The notes beneath the pieces are model-generated. The model had not been told where the DNA came from. It saw nothing but the letters and a program-made list of their open reading frames with translations, and searched no databases. The position numbers were made by a program, and so were the translations under genes. A stretch of 64,000 bases of DNA from an uncultured Gemmatimonadales bacterium. GTDB lineage: Bacteria; Gemmatimonadota; Gemmatimonadetes; Gemmatimonadales; GWC2-71-9. Every line of letters begins with the position of its first letter. Position 1 is the stretch's first letter. Positions 20,529-31,112 of this stretch are shown here, one piece after another. The DNA is taken from assembly GCA_963798915.1 (NCBI GenBank), contig CAWCVB010000002.1, positions 32,001 through 96,000 on the forward strand, given 5' to 3'.

Positions 20529-21158
20529 ATGGCACTGCAACTGGGCGATACCGCCCCGAACTTTACCGCCCAGACGACCGAGGGCCCGATCGATTTTTAT
20601 CAGTGGAAGGGCGACGCCTGGGCGGTGCTCTTCTCGCATCCCAAGGACTTCACTCCAGTCTGCACGACCGAGCTGGGGAGGGTCGGCGGACTCAAGGACG
20701 AGTTCGCCCGGCGCGGAACCAAGGTGATGGGGCTCTCCGTCGACCCCCTCGACAGTCACGCACGGTGGGCCAAGGACATCCAGGACGTCACCGGAAATGC
20801 CGTCAACTTCCCGATGATCGGGGACCCGGACCGGACCGTGGCCAACCTCTATGGCATGATCCACCCCAACGCAAGCGACACCATGACGGTCCGCTCGGTG
20901 TTCATCATCGGACCGGACAACAAGATCAAGCTGATGCTGACGTACCCTGCGAGCACCGGGCGGAACTTCGCGGAGGTCCTCAGGGTGCTTGACTCGCTGC
21001 AGCTCACCGCGAAGCATGGCGTGGCGACACCGGCGGACTGGCAGTCCGGCGATGATGTGATCATCGGTGGAAGCATCAACGATGAAGAAGCCGCGCGGCG
21101 CTTTCCGGGCTACGAGACCAAGAAGCCCTATCTTCGGGTCACCCGGCAGCCAACCTGA
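20529..21158 (+). CDS. 1-Cys peroxiredoxin (Prx6)
   Basis: FSHPKDFTPVCTTELG, YPASTGRNF, VATPADW; AAGGAG RBS. Confidence 0.96.
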   Translation: MALQLGDTAPNFTAQTTEGPIDFYQWKGDAWAVLFSHPKDFTPVCTTELGRVGGLKDEFARRGTKVMGLSVDPLDSHARWAKDIQDVTGNAVNFPMIGDPDRTVANLYGMIHPNASDTMTVRSVFIIGPDNKIKLMLTYPASTGRNFAEVLRVLDSLQLTAKHGVATPADWQSGDDVIIGGSINDEEAARRFPGYETKKPYLRVTRQPT

Positions 21159-21166
21159 AGCCCACC

Positions 21167-21203
21167 CCCGCATCCGGACGGCCCTCCGCCGTCCGGATGC
21201 GGG
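21167..21203 (+). terminator. 16-bp stem hairpin after the peroxiredoxin
   Basis: CCCGCATCCGGACGGC-CCTCC-GCCGTCCGGATGCGGG; no U-tract. Confidence 0.55.
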
Positions 21204-21283
21204 TGAGACGTGCATCACCGACACGGGCGTCCCCACCTGCGACAATAGAGCGGCAGGGCACCTCCAGGCTTGAGGAGAACCGT

Positions 21284-21457
21284 ATGTCCTTCGCGCTCTA
21301 TCTTATCGGGTTTCTGATCTTCATAGCGGGTGTAGCGTGGGCCCTGGTGGTCGCCGGACTCTCGGTGATCTGGGTCACCATCATTTCCGTGATCATGCTT
21401 GGCCTTGGCATCCTGACCGGTGTGTCACGGACGCGGCGGCGCGACCCGGCGGAATGA
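21284..21457 (+). CDS. small two-TM membrane protein
   Basis: GAGGAG RBS; MSFALYLIGFLIFIAGVAWA...TRRRDP. Confidence 0.75.
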   Translation: MSFALYLIGFLIFIAGVAWALVVAGLSVIWVTIISVIMLGLGILTGVSRTRRRDPAE

Positions 21458-21996
21458 GGCCCCATGTTCCGTACGGGAGGTCACGTCACGGAGCGATCTG
21501 CGTGATGCTGCTCGCGCTCGCCAGCTGCGGTCCTCGGCCCGCGCCGAGCGCTTCGGCCGACTCCGCGACGGCCATGCAGCCTGACACCATCGTGCCGCCA
21601 CTCCAGCGGGACAGCACCGGCGCGGTGCAGGTGCTCGAGCAGTACTACCGCGCTGTCAACCAGCGTGACTTCCGCTCGGCCTATCTGCTGTGGGGAGATA
21701 GCGGCCGGGCGAGCGGCCAGTCATTCGAGCAATTTCAGGCGGGTTATGCCCGGACCGACTCGGTGATGGCGACGATCGGCCGCCCGGGAGGAGTGGAGGG
21801 TGCGGCCGGGTCGCGCTACATAGAAGTTCCAGTCACGCTCCAGGCATGGAGCGGCCCCGGCGTGCCTCAGCGCTTCACCGGCACCTACGTGCTTCGTCGC
21901 AGCATGGTGGACGGCGCCACGCCGGCCCAGCGCCGCTGGCATATTTACAGCGCCGAGCTGCATGGCGGGGCGGGCAGCAGCGACTCCGCCAGCTGA
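21454..21996 (+). CDS. hypothetical lipoprotein
   Basis: ATGA overlap; LLALAS-C; YYRAVNQRDFRSAYLLW, EGAAGSRYIEVPV. Confidence 0.75.
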   Translation: MRPHVPYGRSRHGAICVMLLALASCGPRPAPSASADSATAMQPDTIVPPLQRDSTGAVQVLEQYYRAVNQRDFRSAYLLWGDSGRASGQSFEQFQAGYARTDSVMATIGRPGGVEGAAGSRYIEVPVTLQAWSGPGVPQRFTGTYVLRRSMVDGATPAQRRWHIYSAELHGGAGSSDSAS

Positions 21997-22061
21997 ATTC
22001 CAGACGCACCATTCGGGCAACTCACATCACTGATCGATGATCCGCTGTTCGGGACGGAGCC

Positions 22062-22565
22062 ATGAAACCGAAATCACGGTTTACCCGCTTTGCACTTGCG
22101 ACCGCCCGTATCAGCGGCAACGCGGCCACCTTCGCGATTGCGGCGACGATCATCCTGGTCTGGTCGGTCACCGGGCCGATCTTTCATTTCAGCGACACCT
22201 GGCAGCTTGTCATCAATACCGGAACGACGATTGTCACCTTCCTGATGGTGTTCCTGATTCAGAACACCCAGAACCGCGACACCCAGGCAGTGCAGATCAA
22301 GCTGGACGAATTGATCCGGGCCCTGGAAACCGCCAACAATTCGCTGCTTGACCTGGAAGACCTGGAGCAGGACGATCTCGACCTGATTCGCGGCGATTAC
22401 GAGAGTCTTGCCGAGGCCGCCCGCAAGCGGCTCAAGGCCATTGATGCGACTGAAGCAGCCCGCGATCCCGAAGACCTGAACTGCGAGCCGGGAGAAGAGC
22501 AGGAACGCCAGCGGCGTCGGCGCGACGCCGGAAGGCGGCCAACTGCGGCTCAGGCGGATGAGTAG
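22062..22565 (+). CDS. low-affinity iron permease family protein
   Basis: FSDTWQLVINTGTTIVTFLMVFLIQNTQNRD...KLDELI. Confidence 0.93.
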   Translation: MKPKSRFTRFALATARISGNAATFAIAATIILVWSVTGPIFHFSDTWQLVINTGTTIVTFLMVFLIQNTQNRDTQAVQIKLDELIRALETANNSLLDLEDLEQDDLDLIRGDYESLAEAARKRLKAIDATEAARDPEDLNCEPGEEQERQRRRRDAGRRPTAAQADE

Positions 22566-22648
22566 GCTGGGCGGCTGGCCGGCAGTTCGGCACGCGTCGA
22601 CGCAGGGGCGTACGCTCCGACCGACCGACGACCATGGAGGCACCTCCC

Positions 22649-22798
22649 ATGATCCGCAAACTCGCCGACGGCAGCTACCGTCTTTACTCGAAGAAGAAGA
22701 ATCCCAAGACCGGCAAGCGCCGCAACCTGGGCACATTCAAGACCCGCAAGGCCGCGGAAAAACATGAACGGGAAGTTCAGTATTTCAAGAAACACTAG
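22649..22798 (+). CDS. 49-aa highly basic protein (not in ORF track)
   Basis: GGAGG RBS; MIRKLADGSYRLYSKKKNPKTGKRRNLGTFKTRKAAEKHEREVQYFKKH*. Confidence 0.8.
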   Translation: MIRKLADGSYRLYSKKKNPKTGKRRNLGTFKTRKAAEKHEREVQYFKKH

Positions 22799-22836
22799 TC
22801 GATGGTCATCGGTCGTCGGTCTTTGGCAGATGACCG

Positions 22837-23574
22837 ATGACTGACGACCGACGGCCCTTCTGGCTCCCTTTCCTCATCCTCGCCCTCGGCATTGTCCTCG
22901 GCGGCTGGCTGGCAGGGCGGGGCATTGCCGAGGTGCGCGCCGCTGACCGGTTCGTAACTGTCAAGGGCGTGTCGGAACGGGCCATCCGAGCTGATCTGGC
23001 CATCTGGCCGCTCAATATCAGCGTGGCGGACAACGATCTCTCCAAGGCTCAGGCCAAGGTCGCGAGCAACGTCAGGCTGATCCTGGCATTCCTCGCCCGG
23101 CATGGCATCGACACAACCCAGACGTCCCTGCAGGGCTTTCAGGTGACCGACGCCTTCGCCAACCAGTACCAGCCGCCCGGCGGGGTGGTGTCGCGCTACG
23201 TCGTCAAGCAGACGTTGATGGTGCGCTCCGACCGTCCCGACACCGCACTCGCCGCCAGCCAGCGGCTGAATGAACTGGTGGAGGCCGGCGTGGTCTTCTC
23301 CTCTGGCGGAGAATACGACGCTTCAGGACCGAGTTTCCTCTTCACCAGGCTCAACGACTACAAGCCCGCCATGATCGCCGAAGCCACCGCCCGGGCGCGC
23401 GAAGCAGCCGAGCAGTTTGCCCACGATTCCCGGAGTGGTGTCGGAGGAATCCGGCGAGCCAGCCAGGGCGTCTTCGAGATCCTTCCACGGGATCAGGCAT
23501 CCGGCATTCGCGAAGAGAGTCAGGTCGAGAAGACGTTGCGGGTAGTGACGACCGTCGAGTATCTGCTGGAGTAA
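22837..23574 (+). CDS. SIMPL/DUF541 domain protein
   Basis: VTVKGVSER..ADLAIWP, IRRASQGVF, LRVVTTVEY. Confidence 0.9.
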   Translation: MTDDRRPFWLPFLILALGIVLGGWLAGRGIAEVRAADRFVTVKGVSERAIRADLAIWPLNISVADNDLSKAQAKVASNVRLILAFLARHGIDTTQTSLQGFQVTDAFANQYQPPGGVVSRYVVKQTLMVRSDRPDTALAASQRLNELVEAGVVFSSGGEYDASGPSFLFTRLNDYKPAMIAEATARAREAAEQFAHDSRSGVGGIRRASQGVFEILPRDQASGIREESQVEKTLRVVTTVEYLLE

Positions 23575-23727
23575 CCACCTTTCGTTGACTCTCGCGCCAC
23601 CATCATGACAGCAATTTTCTCCTGCGGCCCGGGGGAACACCTCGGGGCCGCGCTGTGTTAGCACAACTTGTGGCTTCGCAGACAGGCGGCGGGATGGCGC
23701 CGGGGTCGAGACATATCGGGAGGCTGT

Positions 23728-24885
23728 GTGAAGGTGAGCGATAGCAGGACAGTTCGTAACGCAATGCTCCTTGCGCTGCTTCCGGCCATGCTGGGAGCGA
23801 GTGCCTGCGGCCGTACGGCGCCGCCCCAGGCACCGCCGCCACCCGAGGTTGGCGTGCTGACGCTGGCGCAGGAGAACGTTCCGGAGTCGTTCGAATTCTC
23901 CGGCTCCGTTGTTCCATATCGTCGCGTTGAGGTGCGCTCGCGGGTGGACGGCATCATCGAGTCCCGCCCGTTCACTGAGGGCGCCATGGTCCGCCCGGGC
24001 CAGGTGCTCTACCGGCTCGACCGGGTCCGTTACGAGGCGGCGTACCAGAGTGCATTGGCCCGGTACCAGAACGCCAAGCAGACCCTGGACCGCATGAAGC
24101 CGTTGCTGGCCCAGAACGCCGTGGCCCAGCAGGACGTGGACAATGCCCAGTCGGAGTTTCAAGCGGCGCAGGCCGCGCTGGCACAGGCCCGGAAGGACCT
24201 GGACGACACCGTGGTGCGGGCGGAGATGGCGGGCCGCGTCGGTCGAACCAACCTGGAGGTTGGCGCCCGGGTGACCGGACCTGCCGACCTGCTGACCACG
24301 ATCGACCGCCTGGATCCGGTCTATGTCACGTTCAGTCCGTCCTCCCAGCAGCTGCTCGCGTGGCAGCAGGATTCATCGGCGCGGGCGCTGATCCGGCCGG
24401 GCAGCAAGCTCAATGTGCAGGTGGTGCTGCCGGATGGCTCGGTCCTGCCGCGCGTCGGCAAGCTCGATTATGTCGCTCCCGCACTGGATGCCAGCACCGG
24501 CACCCGTGAGTTCCGCGCCACCTTCCAGAACAAGGATGGCCTGCTGACGCCCGGGCAGTTCGTGCGGGTCCGCCTGACCGGCTTTGTACGACCAGGCGCG
24601 CTCGCCATTCCCCAGGCGGCGGTGCAGACCGGCCTCGGCAAGCAGTTTGTGTACGTCGTCAGCAAGGGCGACACGGCCATGGCCCGTGATGTCGTGCCTG
24701 GTCCGTGGACCGGGAATCGCTGGGTCATCGAAAAAGGACTCGCCCCGGGTGAGCGGGTCATCGTGAGCGGCCTCCAGAAAGTGGCGCCCGGCCAGCCGGT
24801 GCGGCCCGTCGAGGCAAGTGATGCCAGCGCCGCAGCTCCGGCCGCAGCGGCTCCCGACTCCAGCCAGGCGGGGAGTTCAAAGTGA
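23728..24885 (+). CDS. RND efflux periplasmic adaptor (AcrA/MexA-like), lipoprotein
   Basis: VEVRSRVDGII, GQVLYRLD, LTPGQFVRV; start uncertain (GGAGG before GTG at 23728). Confidence 0.9.
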   Translation: MKVSDSRTVRNAMLLALLPAMLGASACGRTAPPQAPPPPEVGVLTLAQENVPESFEFSGSVVPYRRVEVRSRVDGIIESRPFTEGAMVRPGQVLYRLDRVRYEAAYQSALARYQNAKQTLDRMKPLLAQNAVAQQDVDNAQSEFQAAQAALAQARKDLDDTVVRAEMAGRVGRTNLEVGARVTGPADLLTTIDRLDPVYVTFSPSSQQLLAWQQDSSARALIRPGSKLNVQVVLPDGSVLPRVGKLDYVAPALDASTGTREFRATFQNKDGLLTPGQFVRVRLTGFVRPGALAIPQAAVQTGLGKQFVYVVSKGDTAMARDVVPGPWTGNRWVIEKGLAPGERVIVSGLQKVAPGQPVRPVEASDASAAAPAAAAPDSSQAGSSK

Positions 24886-27800
24886 GCGGCGCCGGCGGGC
24901 CCGTTCCCGAACACGAGATCCAGTATTTCTTCATCCGCCGGCCAGTGCTTGCGGCGGTGATCTCCATCATCATCACGCTGCTCGGGATTTTCGCGATCCG
25001 GCTGCTGCCGGTCTCGCGCTATCCGCAGATTACGCCGTCCGCGGTCCAGGTCATCGCCGTCTATCCCGGCGCATCGGCCGAGGACGTTGCCGCCGCCGTG
25101 GCAGCGCCCATCGAGGAACAGCTGTCCGGACTGCAGGGGCTGCTTTACTACACGTCGGCCAACACCAGCGACGGCACCATGAGCCTGCAGATCTACTTCG
25201 ACGTGTCCCGCGACCAGGACCTCGCCGCGGTGGATGTGCAGAACGCCGTGAAGCTGGCGGAGCCGCAGTTGCCCGACGCGGTGCGGCAGAACGGCATCAC
25301 CATCCTCAAGTCTGCCTCGGACATCCTGGGCGTCGTGGGCCTCTCGTCGAGCGATCCGCGGTACGATGCCTCGTATCTCACGAACTACCTCAAGCTGAAC
25401 GTCGAGGACGAGATCAAGCGACTGCCTGGCGTTGGCAACGCGCAGACGTTTGGCGGGCTGCAGTTCTCGATGCTGATCCAGCTCGATCCCGAGAAGATGG
25501 CGCAGCTGGGCATCACGGTCGGCGACGTGGCCGACGCGGTGCGGGAGCAGAATGCCACCAATCCGGCCGGCCGGCTCGGACGCGAGCCGGCGCCGCCCAG
25601 CACCCAGCTGACGCTGCCGGTCACGGCCCTTGGGCGGCTGCAGACCGTGGACCAGTTCAACGACATCGTGGTGCGGGCCCGGCCCAACGGATCGCTGGTT
25701 CGGGTCCGGGACATCGGGCGGGCGGTACTCGGATCCCAGAATTACGATTTCTCGGGCCGCCTGAACGGCCGGCCGACGGCGTTCATGCTCATCAACCAGC
25801 GCGCCGGCGCCAACGCGCTCGCGGTCAAGGACGCCGCGGTGAAGCGGCTCAACGAACTCGCGCGGAGCCTCCCGCCCGGCGTGTCGATTTCCATCCCGTT
25901 CGACACGACGCCCTTCGTCACGGAATCGATCAAGGAAGTAGTGAAGACGCTTCTGGAAGCGATGATCCTGGTGGCACTGGTGGTGTTCCTCTTCCTGCAG
26001 AGCTGGCGCGCAACACTGATCCCGATGCTGGCCGTACCGGTCAGCGTGATCGGCACGTTCCTGGGGCTGCTGGCCCTGGGCTTCTCGATCAACGTCCTGA
26101 CCCTCTTTGCGCTGGTGCTGGCCATCGGCATCGTGGTGGATGACGCCATTGTCGTGATCGAAAATGTCGAGCGCATCATGGCGACGGAGAATCTGCCGGC
26201 CCCGGTCGCCGCCGACCGCGCCATCCGGCAGGTGGCCGGCGCGCTGATCGCGATCGTCCTGGTGCTCTGCGCCGTCTTTGTGCCGGTGGCCTTCACCGGC
26301 GGGGTGACGGGCGGCATGTTCCGGCAGTTTGCCATCACGATCGTGATCGCGGTGGTGCTGTCGGGCGTCGTGGCGCTGACGCTCACGCCGGCGCTCTGTG
26401 CCTGGCTGCTGAAGGAGCCGTCCGAAGCACACAGGACCGGTTTCTTTGGCGGGTTCAACCGACTCTTTGCCCGCACCACCCGTGGCTACACCGGCGCCGT
26501 GGACCGGGTGCTCGGCCGTCCCCGCGCATGGTTTGCGGTCTTTCTCGTGATAGCCGGGCTCGCCGTGGTGCTGTGGAGGCACGTGCCATCCGCCTTCATC
26601 CCCACCGAGGACAAGGGTTACTTCGCCATCGGGCTCCAGCTGCCTGACGGCGCCGCGTTGAGCCGCACCGAAGCGACCGTCAAGGAGGTCGAGGGGTTCC
26701 TGCGGCAGGAACCCGCGATCAGGAATGTGGTGGCGCTCGCCGGGTTTGACCTGCTGAGCCGCGCCAACCAGAGCAACAGCGCCACGATCTTCGTGAACGT
26801 GGCGCCGTGGGACGAGCGAGGCGGCGACCAGTCCATTGATGCCATCATCGGCCGGATCAACGGCCGGCTCTTCGGCATGCGCGACGCGATGGGATTCGCC
26901 TTCAACCTGCCCGAGATCATCGGCTTGGGCACCACGGCAGGCGTCGAGACCAACCTGCAGGATCGCGCCGGCCGGGATCCCAAGGATTTTGCCCAGCAGG
27001 TCCAGGCGTTTGCCGCGGCAGCCAGCAAGCTGCCCGCCGTGGCCGCCATCAGTACGACGTACCGCGCCAACGTGCCCCAGGTGTACGTGGACGTCGATCG
27101 TACCACGGCCAAGGCGCGCGGCGTGGACCTGGCGTGACTCTTCGGTACCCTGCAGGCGCTGCTCTCCACCCTGTACATCAACGACTTCAACCTCTACGGT
27201 CGGACCTACCGGGTGCAGGCCGAGGCGCAGTCGGCGTTCCGGCAGACGCCGTCGACATCGGGCGCCTCTACGTGCGCGGCGCCGACGACGCGATGGTGCC
27301 CATATCGGCGCTGACCGAAGTGAGCTTCCGCAGCGGACCCACTCTGTTGTCCCGCTTCAACGGCTTCCCGTCGGCGTTCTTCACCGGCGCACCCAAGGCG
27401 GGCCACAGCTCGGGTGAGGTGATGAACCAGCTCGATCAGCTGGCGCGAGCCAGTTCGCGCCCCAGGGCGCAACCATTGCGTACTGGGGCCAGTCGTACCA
27501 GGAGCGGTCCTCCAGGGCGCCGCCGGTCTCGTCTTCGGCCTCGGCCTGATAATCGTCTTCCTGGTGCTCGCCGCGCAGTACGAGAGCTGGTCAGTGCCGT
27601 TCGCCGTGCTGCTCGGTGTTCCGTTCGGCGTGCTGGGTGCGTTGCTTGGCGTGTGGCTCCGCGGGCAGCCGAGCGACATCTATTTCCAGGTGGGACTAAT
27701 CACGGTGGTCGGACTTGCGGCCAAGAACGCGATCCTGATCGTCGAGTTCGCGACCGAACTCCGGAACCAGGGCCTATCCATACGACGAGGCCGCGGTGGA

Positions 27801-28051
27801 GGCGGCGCGCGAGCGGCTTCCGGCCCATCCTGATGACGTCGTTCGCGTTCATCCTCGGTGTCTCGCCGCTGGTGATTGCGGGCGGAGCAGGCGCCGCCAG
27901 CCGGCACTCGATCGGCACCGGCGTCTTTGCCGGAATGCTGTTCGCCACGACCATCGGAATCTTCTTCATTCCGCTCTTCTTCCGGGTCATTCGCGGCCTG
28001 GGTGACCGGAAGAATGCCGACGGTACCCGCTCGGTGGAGGGCTCGGCATGA
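24882..28051 (+). CDS. RND efflux permease (AcrB/MexB-like), interrupted by TGA at 27135 and several indels in 27250-27820
   Basis: [55 protein letters not shown] across shifting frames. Confidence 0.93.
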
Positions 28052-29517
28052 GATTCCGCGCGCTCACCTGGGCGCTGCCCCTGGCGCTGGCCGGCTGTGC
28101 CGTGGGACCGGCATACCATCCCGAACCGGTGGTCCCGGCCACCACCATGGTCGGCAGCGGGCCCGTTGGCGACACGGCCAGGATCTTCTTCGACTCCCTC
28201 CGCGCCGCGCGTGCCGCCGATAGCACACTGCAGGAAGTCGAAGTGCTGCCGCCGACAACCATCAGCGGTGATTCGGTGGCGGGCCTCGACTGGCTCGACC
28301 TGCTGCACGACACCACGCTCACGCACCTGATCGAGACGGCGCTGGCACAGAATCGCGACGTGGCCGCGGCGAGGGCGCGGATCCGGGAGTACCGGGCGCT
28401 GGCCGGCGTGGCGCGCGCGCCGCTCTTCCCGACGCTCTCGGTCAATGGCAGCGCCAGCCGTAACCAGGTGGCCATCGGCGCATTCCCACCTGCCACCTAC
28501 AACGCGCTTCGGGTCACAGGTGATCTGGGCTGGGAACTGGATTTCTGGGGCAAGACCCGGCGGGGCCTCCAGGCCGCCAACGCTGATCGCGCCGCGCAGG
28601 AGGCGGCGGAGCAGGCGGCCGTGCTCTCGCTGGTGAGTGACGTGGCCACCAGCTACCTGCAGTTGCTCGAGACCGAGCAGGAACGGACCATCGCCGAGCG
28701 CACGCTGTCGTCCCGCCAGACTACACTCGACCTGGCCCAGCGGCGCTTCCGGCAGGGACTCATCTCCGAGCTCGACGTGCGCCAGTTCGAGGCGCAGGTG
28801 GCCGTGCCTGCCGTGCGGCTGGCGCAGGTGGAAGCGGCGGAGAGCCGACTGGAGCATGCGCTGAGCGTGCTGCTGGGCGAGGCGCCCAGCACCATTCCGC
28901 GCGGCGGCTCGCTGGCGGATGCCGCGCGCGCTGTCGTCGTGCCGGATTCGCTGCCGGGAACGCTGCTTGCCCGGCGGCCCGACGTGGCCCAGGCCGAGCG
29001 GGAGTACGCCGCCGCGAACGCGCGGATCGGCGTGGCGGATGCCGCGCGCCTGCCCACCATCACGGTGAACGGATCCTACGGAACGCAGGCGGCCGAGACG
29101 GGCAACCTGTTCACCTCGCAAGGTGAGATCTACCAGCTGCAGGCCGGTGTTTCGATACCGATCTTCACCGGGGGCCGGCTGCAGAACGAGGCCCGGGCCG
29201 CGCGGGCGCGGGCGGAGCAGGCCCGGGCTGCGTACGAGCAGACCACCCTCCAGGCGTTGCGCGAAGCCAGTGATGCGCTGGTTGGCGTCCGCGCCGCGCG
29301 GGACCAGGTGGCGGCGCAGGAGACCCAGACCGGTGCCTTGCGGCGGGCACTGACCCTGGCGGAGCTTCGCTACCGCACGGGAGTCTCGAATTACCTGGAG
29401 GTGCTCGACGCGCAGCGCAGCCTCTTCGATGCCGAAGTGGCGCTGAGCCAGGCGCAACTGCAGCAGCTGACGGCGGCGGTGCAGCTGTACAAGGCGCTGG
29501 GAGGAAGCTGGAAATAG
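28048..29517 (+). CDS. efflux outer-membrane lipoprotein (OprM/NodT-like)
   Basis: [36 protein letters not shown]. Confidence 0.95.
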   Translation: MRFRALTWALPLALAGCAVGPAYHPEPVVPATTMVGSGPVGDTARIFFDSLRAARAADSTLQEVEVLPPTTISGDSVAGLDWLDLLHDTTLTHLIETALAQNRDVAAARARIREYRALAGVARAPLFPTLSVNGSASRNQVAIGAFPPATYNALRVTGDLGWELDFWGKTRRGLQAANADRAAQEAAEQAAVLSLVSDVATSYLQLLETEQERTIAERTLSSRQTTLDLAQRRFRQGLISELDVRQFEAQVAVPAVRLAQVEAAESRLEHALSVLLGEAPSTIPRGGSLADAARAVVVPDSLPGTLLARRPDVAQAEREYAAANARIGVADAARLPTITVNGSYGTQAAETGNLFTSQGEIYQLQAGVSIPIFTGGRLQNEARAARARAEQARAAYEQTTLQALREASDALVGVRAARDQVAAQETQTGALRRALTLAELRYRTGVSNYLEVLDAQRSLFDAEVALSQAQLQQLTAAVQLYKALGGSWK

Positions 29518-29606
29518 GCGGGAAGTCGACGGGAGACGGCAGGCAGACGACCGACGACCCACTGGCCCGTCTTGTCCGCCCTGCCCGTCCTGCCCATCTT
29601 GCCGAC

Positions 29607-30167
29607 ATGCACACCCTCACCCTTGCCGGCGGCTGCTTCTGGTGCCTGGAGACGATCTATGAGCGTCTCCGCGGCGTTGAGCGCGTCGTGTCCGGCTACA
29701 CCGGCGGTCGCCGGTCCAATCCGACGTACGAGCAGGTCTGCAGCGGAGCCACCGGCCATGCCGAGGCGATCCAGGTGACCTACGACCCGGACGTCATTTC
29801 CGACCGTGAGATGCTGGAAATCTTCTTTGCCTTTCACGACCCGACGACGCTCAACCGCCAGGGGCCGGACGTCGGTACCCAGTATCGCTCGGCCATCTTT
29901 TACGACTCGCCGGCACAGGAGCAGCTTGCCCGCGAGGTGATCGCCGAGCTCGAGCGCAACCAGACCTTCGACCAGCCCATTGTCACGGACCTCAAGCCGC
30001 TGGACGTCTTCTACCCCGCCGAGGCCCGCCACCAGGAGTATTACCGGCGTCACCCGAGCCAGCCATACTGCGCCGCGGTGATCGGGCCCAAGGTGGCCAA
30101 GCTGAGGGCGGGGTATACCGGGAGGCTGAAGACGGACGGCGAGACGGCGAGTCGGCGAGACGCATAG
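29607..30167 (+). CDS. msrA: peptide-methionine (S)-S-oxide reductase
   Basis: GGCFWC, NPTYEQVCSGATGHAE, HDPTTLNRQGPDVGTQYRS, QPYC. Confidence 0.97.
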   Translation: MHTLTLAGGCFWCLETIYERLRGVERVVSGYTGGRRSNPTYEQVCSGATGHAEAIQVTYDPDVISDREMLEIFFAFHDPTTLNRQGPDVGTQYRSAIFYDSPAQEQLAREVIAELERNQTFDQPIVTDLKPLDVFYPAEARHQEYYRRHPSQPYCAAVIGPKVAKLRAGYTGRLKTDGETASRRDA

Positions 30168-30204
30168 ACGGCGAGTCGGCAAGTCGGCGAGTCGGCGAGT
30201 CGGC
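30130..30204 (+). repeat. 8-mer tandem array (GAGTCGGC/GAGACGGC)n overlapping the msrA 3' end
   Basis: About 8 degenerate units read directly. Confidence 0.8.
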
Positions 30205-30270
30205 TCGAAGCGTATGGGAGTCATTCCGAGCGTCTTGACCTTTCACCATTGACCCTCGACGCTTATCAGC

Positions 30271-30753
30271 ATGAGCGCCGTCACCATCGCCCAGCTCCGG
30301 GACCGACTGCAGCAAATGCTGGTTCGGGAAATGCCGGTCTCTCAGCGGCTGGGGTTTTCCATCGAGGATGTGACATCGGCCGCCGTCACGCTCCGTGCCG
30401 AGTTCGATCTCAACCGCAACCATCAGGGAAGCGCCTTTGCCGGCAGCGTCAACGCGCTGGCCACGCTGGCGGGTTGGGCGGTCGTGTGGCTCACCCTGCA
30501 GGAGGCCGGGATGGCGGCCAACGCGGTGCTGCAGGACAGCGAAATTCGATATCTTGAGCCCATCATGACCGACTTCACCGCCACGTGTTCGTTTCCATTG
30601 GCCAGCGTGCGAGCTTCGTTGCTCGATTCCGTCGCCCGTCATCGCCGAGGTCGCGTGCTGGTGCAGGTGGATGTCATGGCGGCTGGTCGCACCGTTGCCC
30701 GCTTTCATGGACGCTACGTCGCGCTGCTGCGGGAACCGGAGCGCGCCGAATGA
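30271..30753 (+). CDS. YiiD C-terminal (hot-dog thioesterase-like) protein
   Basis: NRNHQGSAFAGS...TLAGW, IRYLEPIMTDF, FHGRYVAL. Confidence 0.85.
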   Translation: MSAVTIAQLRDRLQQMLVREMPVSQRLGFSIEDVTSAAVTLRAEFDLNRNHQGSAFAGSVNALATLAGWAVVWLTLQEAGMAANAVLQDSEIRYLEPIMTDFTATCSFPLASVRASLLDSVARHRRGRVLVQVDVMAAGRTVARFHGRYVALLREPERAE

Positions 30754-31112
30754 GGCGGGCAGGTCATTGGATGCTGGCCGCTGGTGCGATGGTGGTAACC
30801 GCCTGCGCCATCGCTCCACGACGCATCGAGAACCCGCCGGCCGGCCCGGTGGATGCCGAGCAGCGTGTCGAGCTCTGGCAGCATGGCACACGCACCGTGG
30901 TGCGGCGGCTGACCGTCGATGGTGACTCGCTGCGGGCGGTACCGGTGCCCAAGCCCTCCGACTGCGACTCCTGCCGGGTCCACTATGCGGTGAGTGGGGT
31001 TGATTCGCTGCGCTTTCCTCGCAATGACCATGCGGCACAGGTGGCGACCGTCGTCCCAATTGCTGTGCTGAGCGCGGTTACCTTCATCTGGGGCATGGCC
31101 GGTGGCAGCTGA
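30750..31112 (+). CDS. hypothetical lipoprotein
   Basis: ATGA overlap; VVTA-C lipobox; CDSC motif; C-terminal TM. Confidence 0.6.
   Translation: MRRAGHWMLAAGAMVVTACAIAPRRIENPPAGPVDAEQRVELWQHGTRTVVRRLTVDGDSLRAVPVPKPSDCDSCRVHYAVSGVDSLRFPRNDHAAQVATVVPIAVLSAVTFIWGMAGGS

Noticed and set aside
27135..27137. In-frame TGA as selenocysteine or recoding
   Set aside because: Not a Cys position, TGA is a normal stop throughout the window, and the site lies in an error-dense region.
24468..29562. Long antisense or alternate-frame ORFs (704 and 620 aa; also 7046-8833, 33771-35390, 56697-58376)
   Set aside because: Shadow ORFs of clear genes, expected at high GC, with no motifs.
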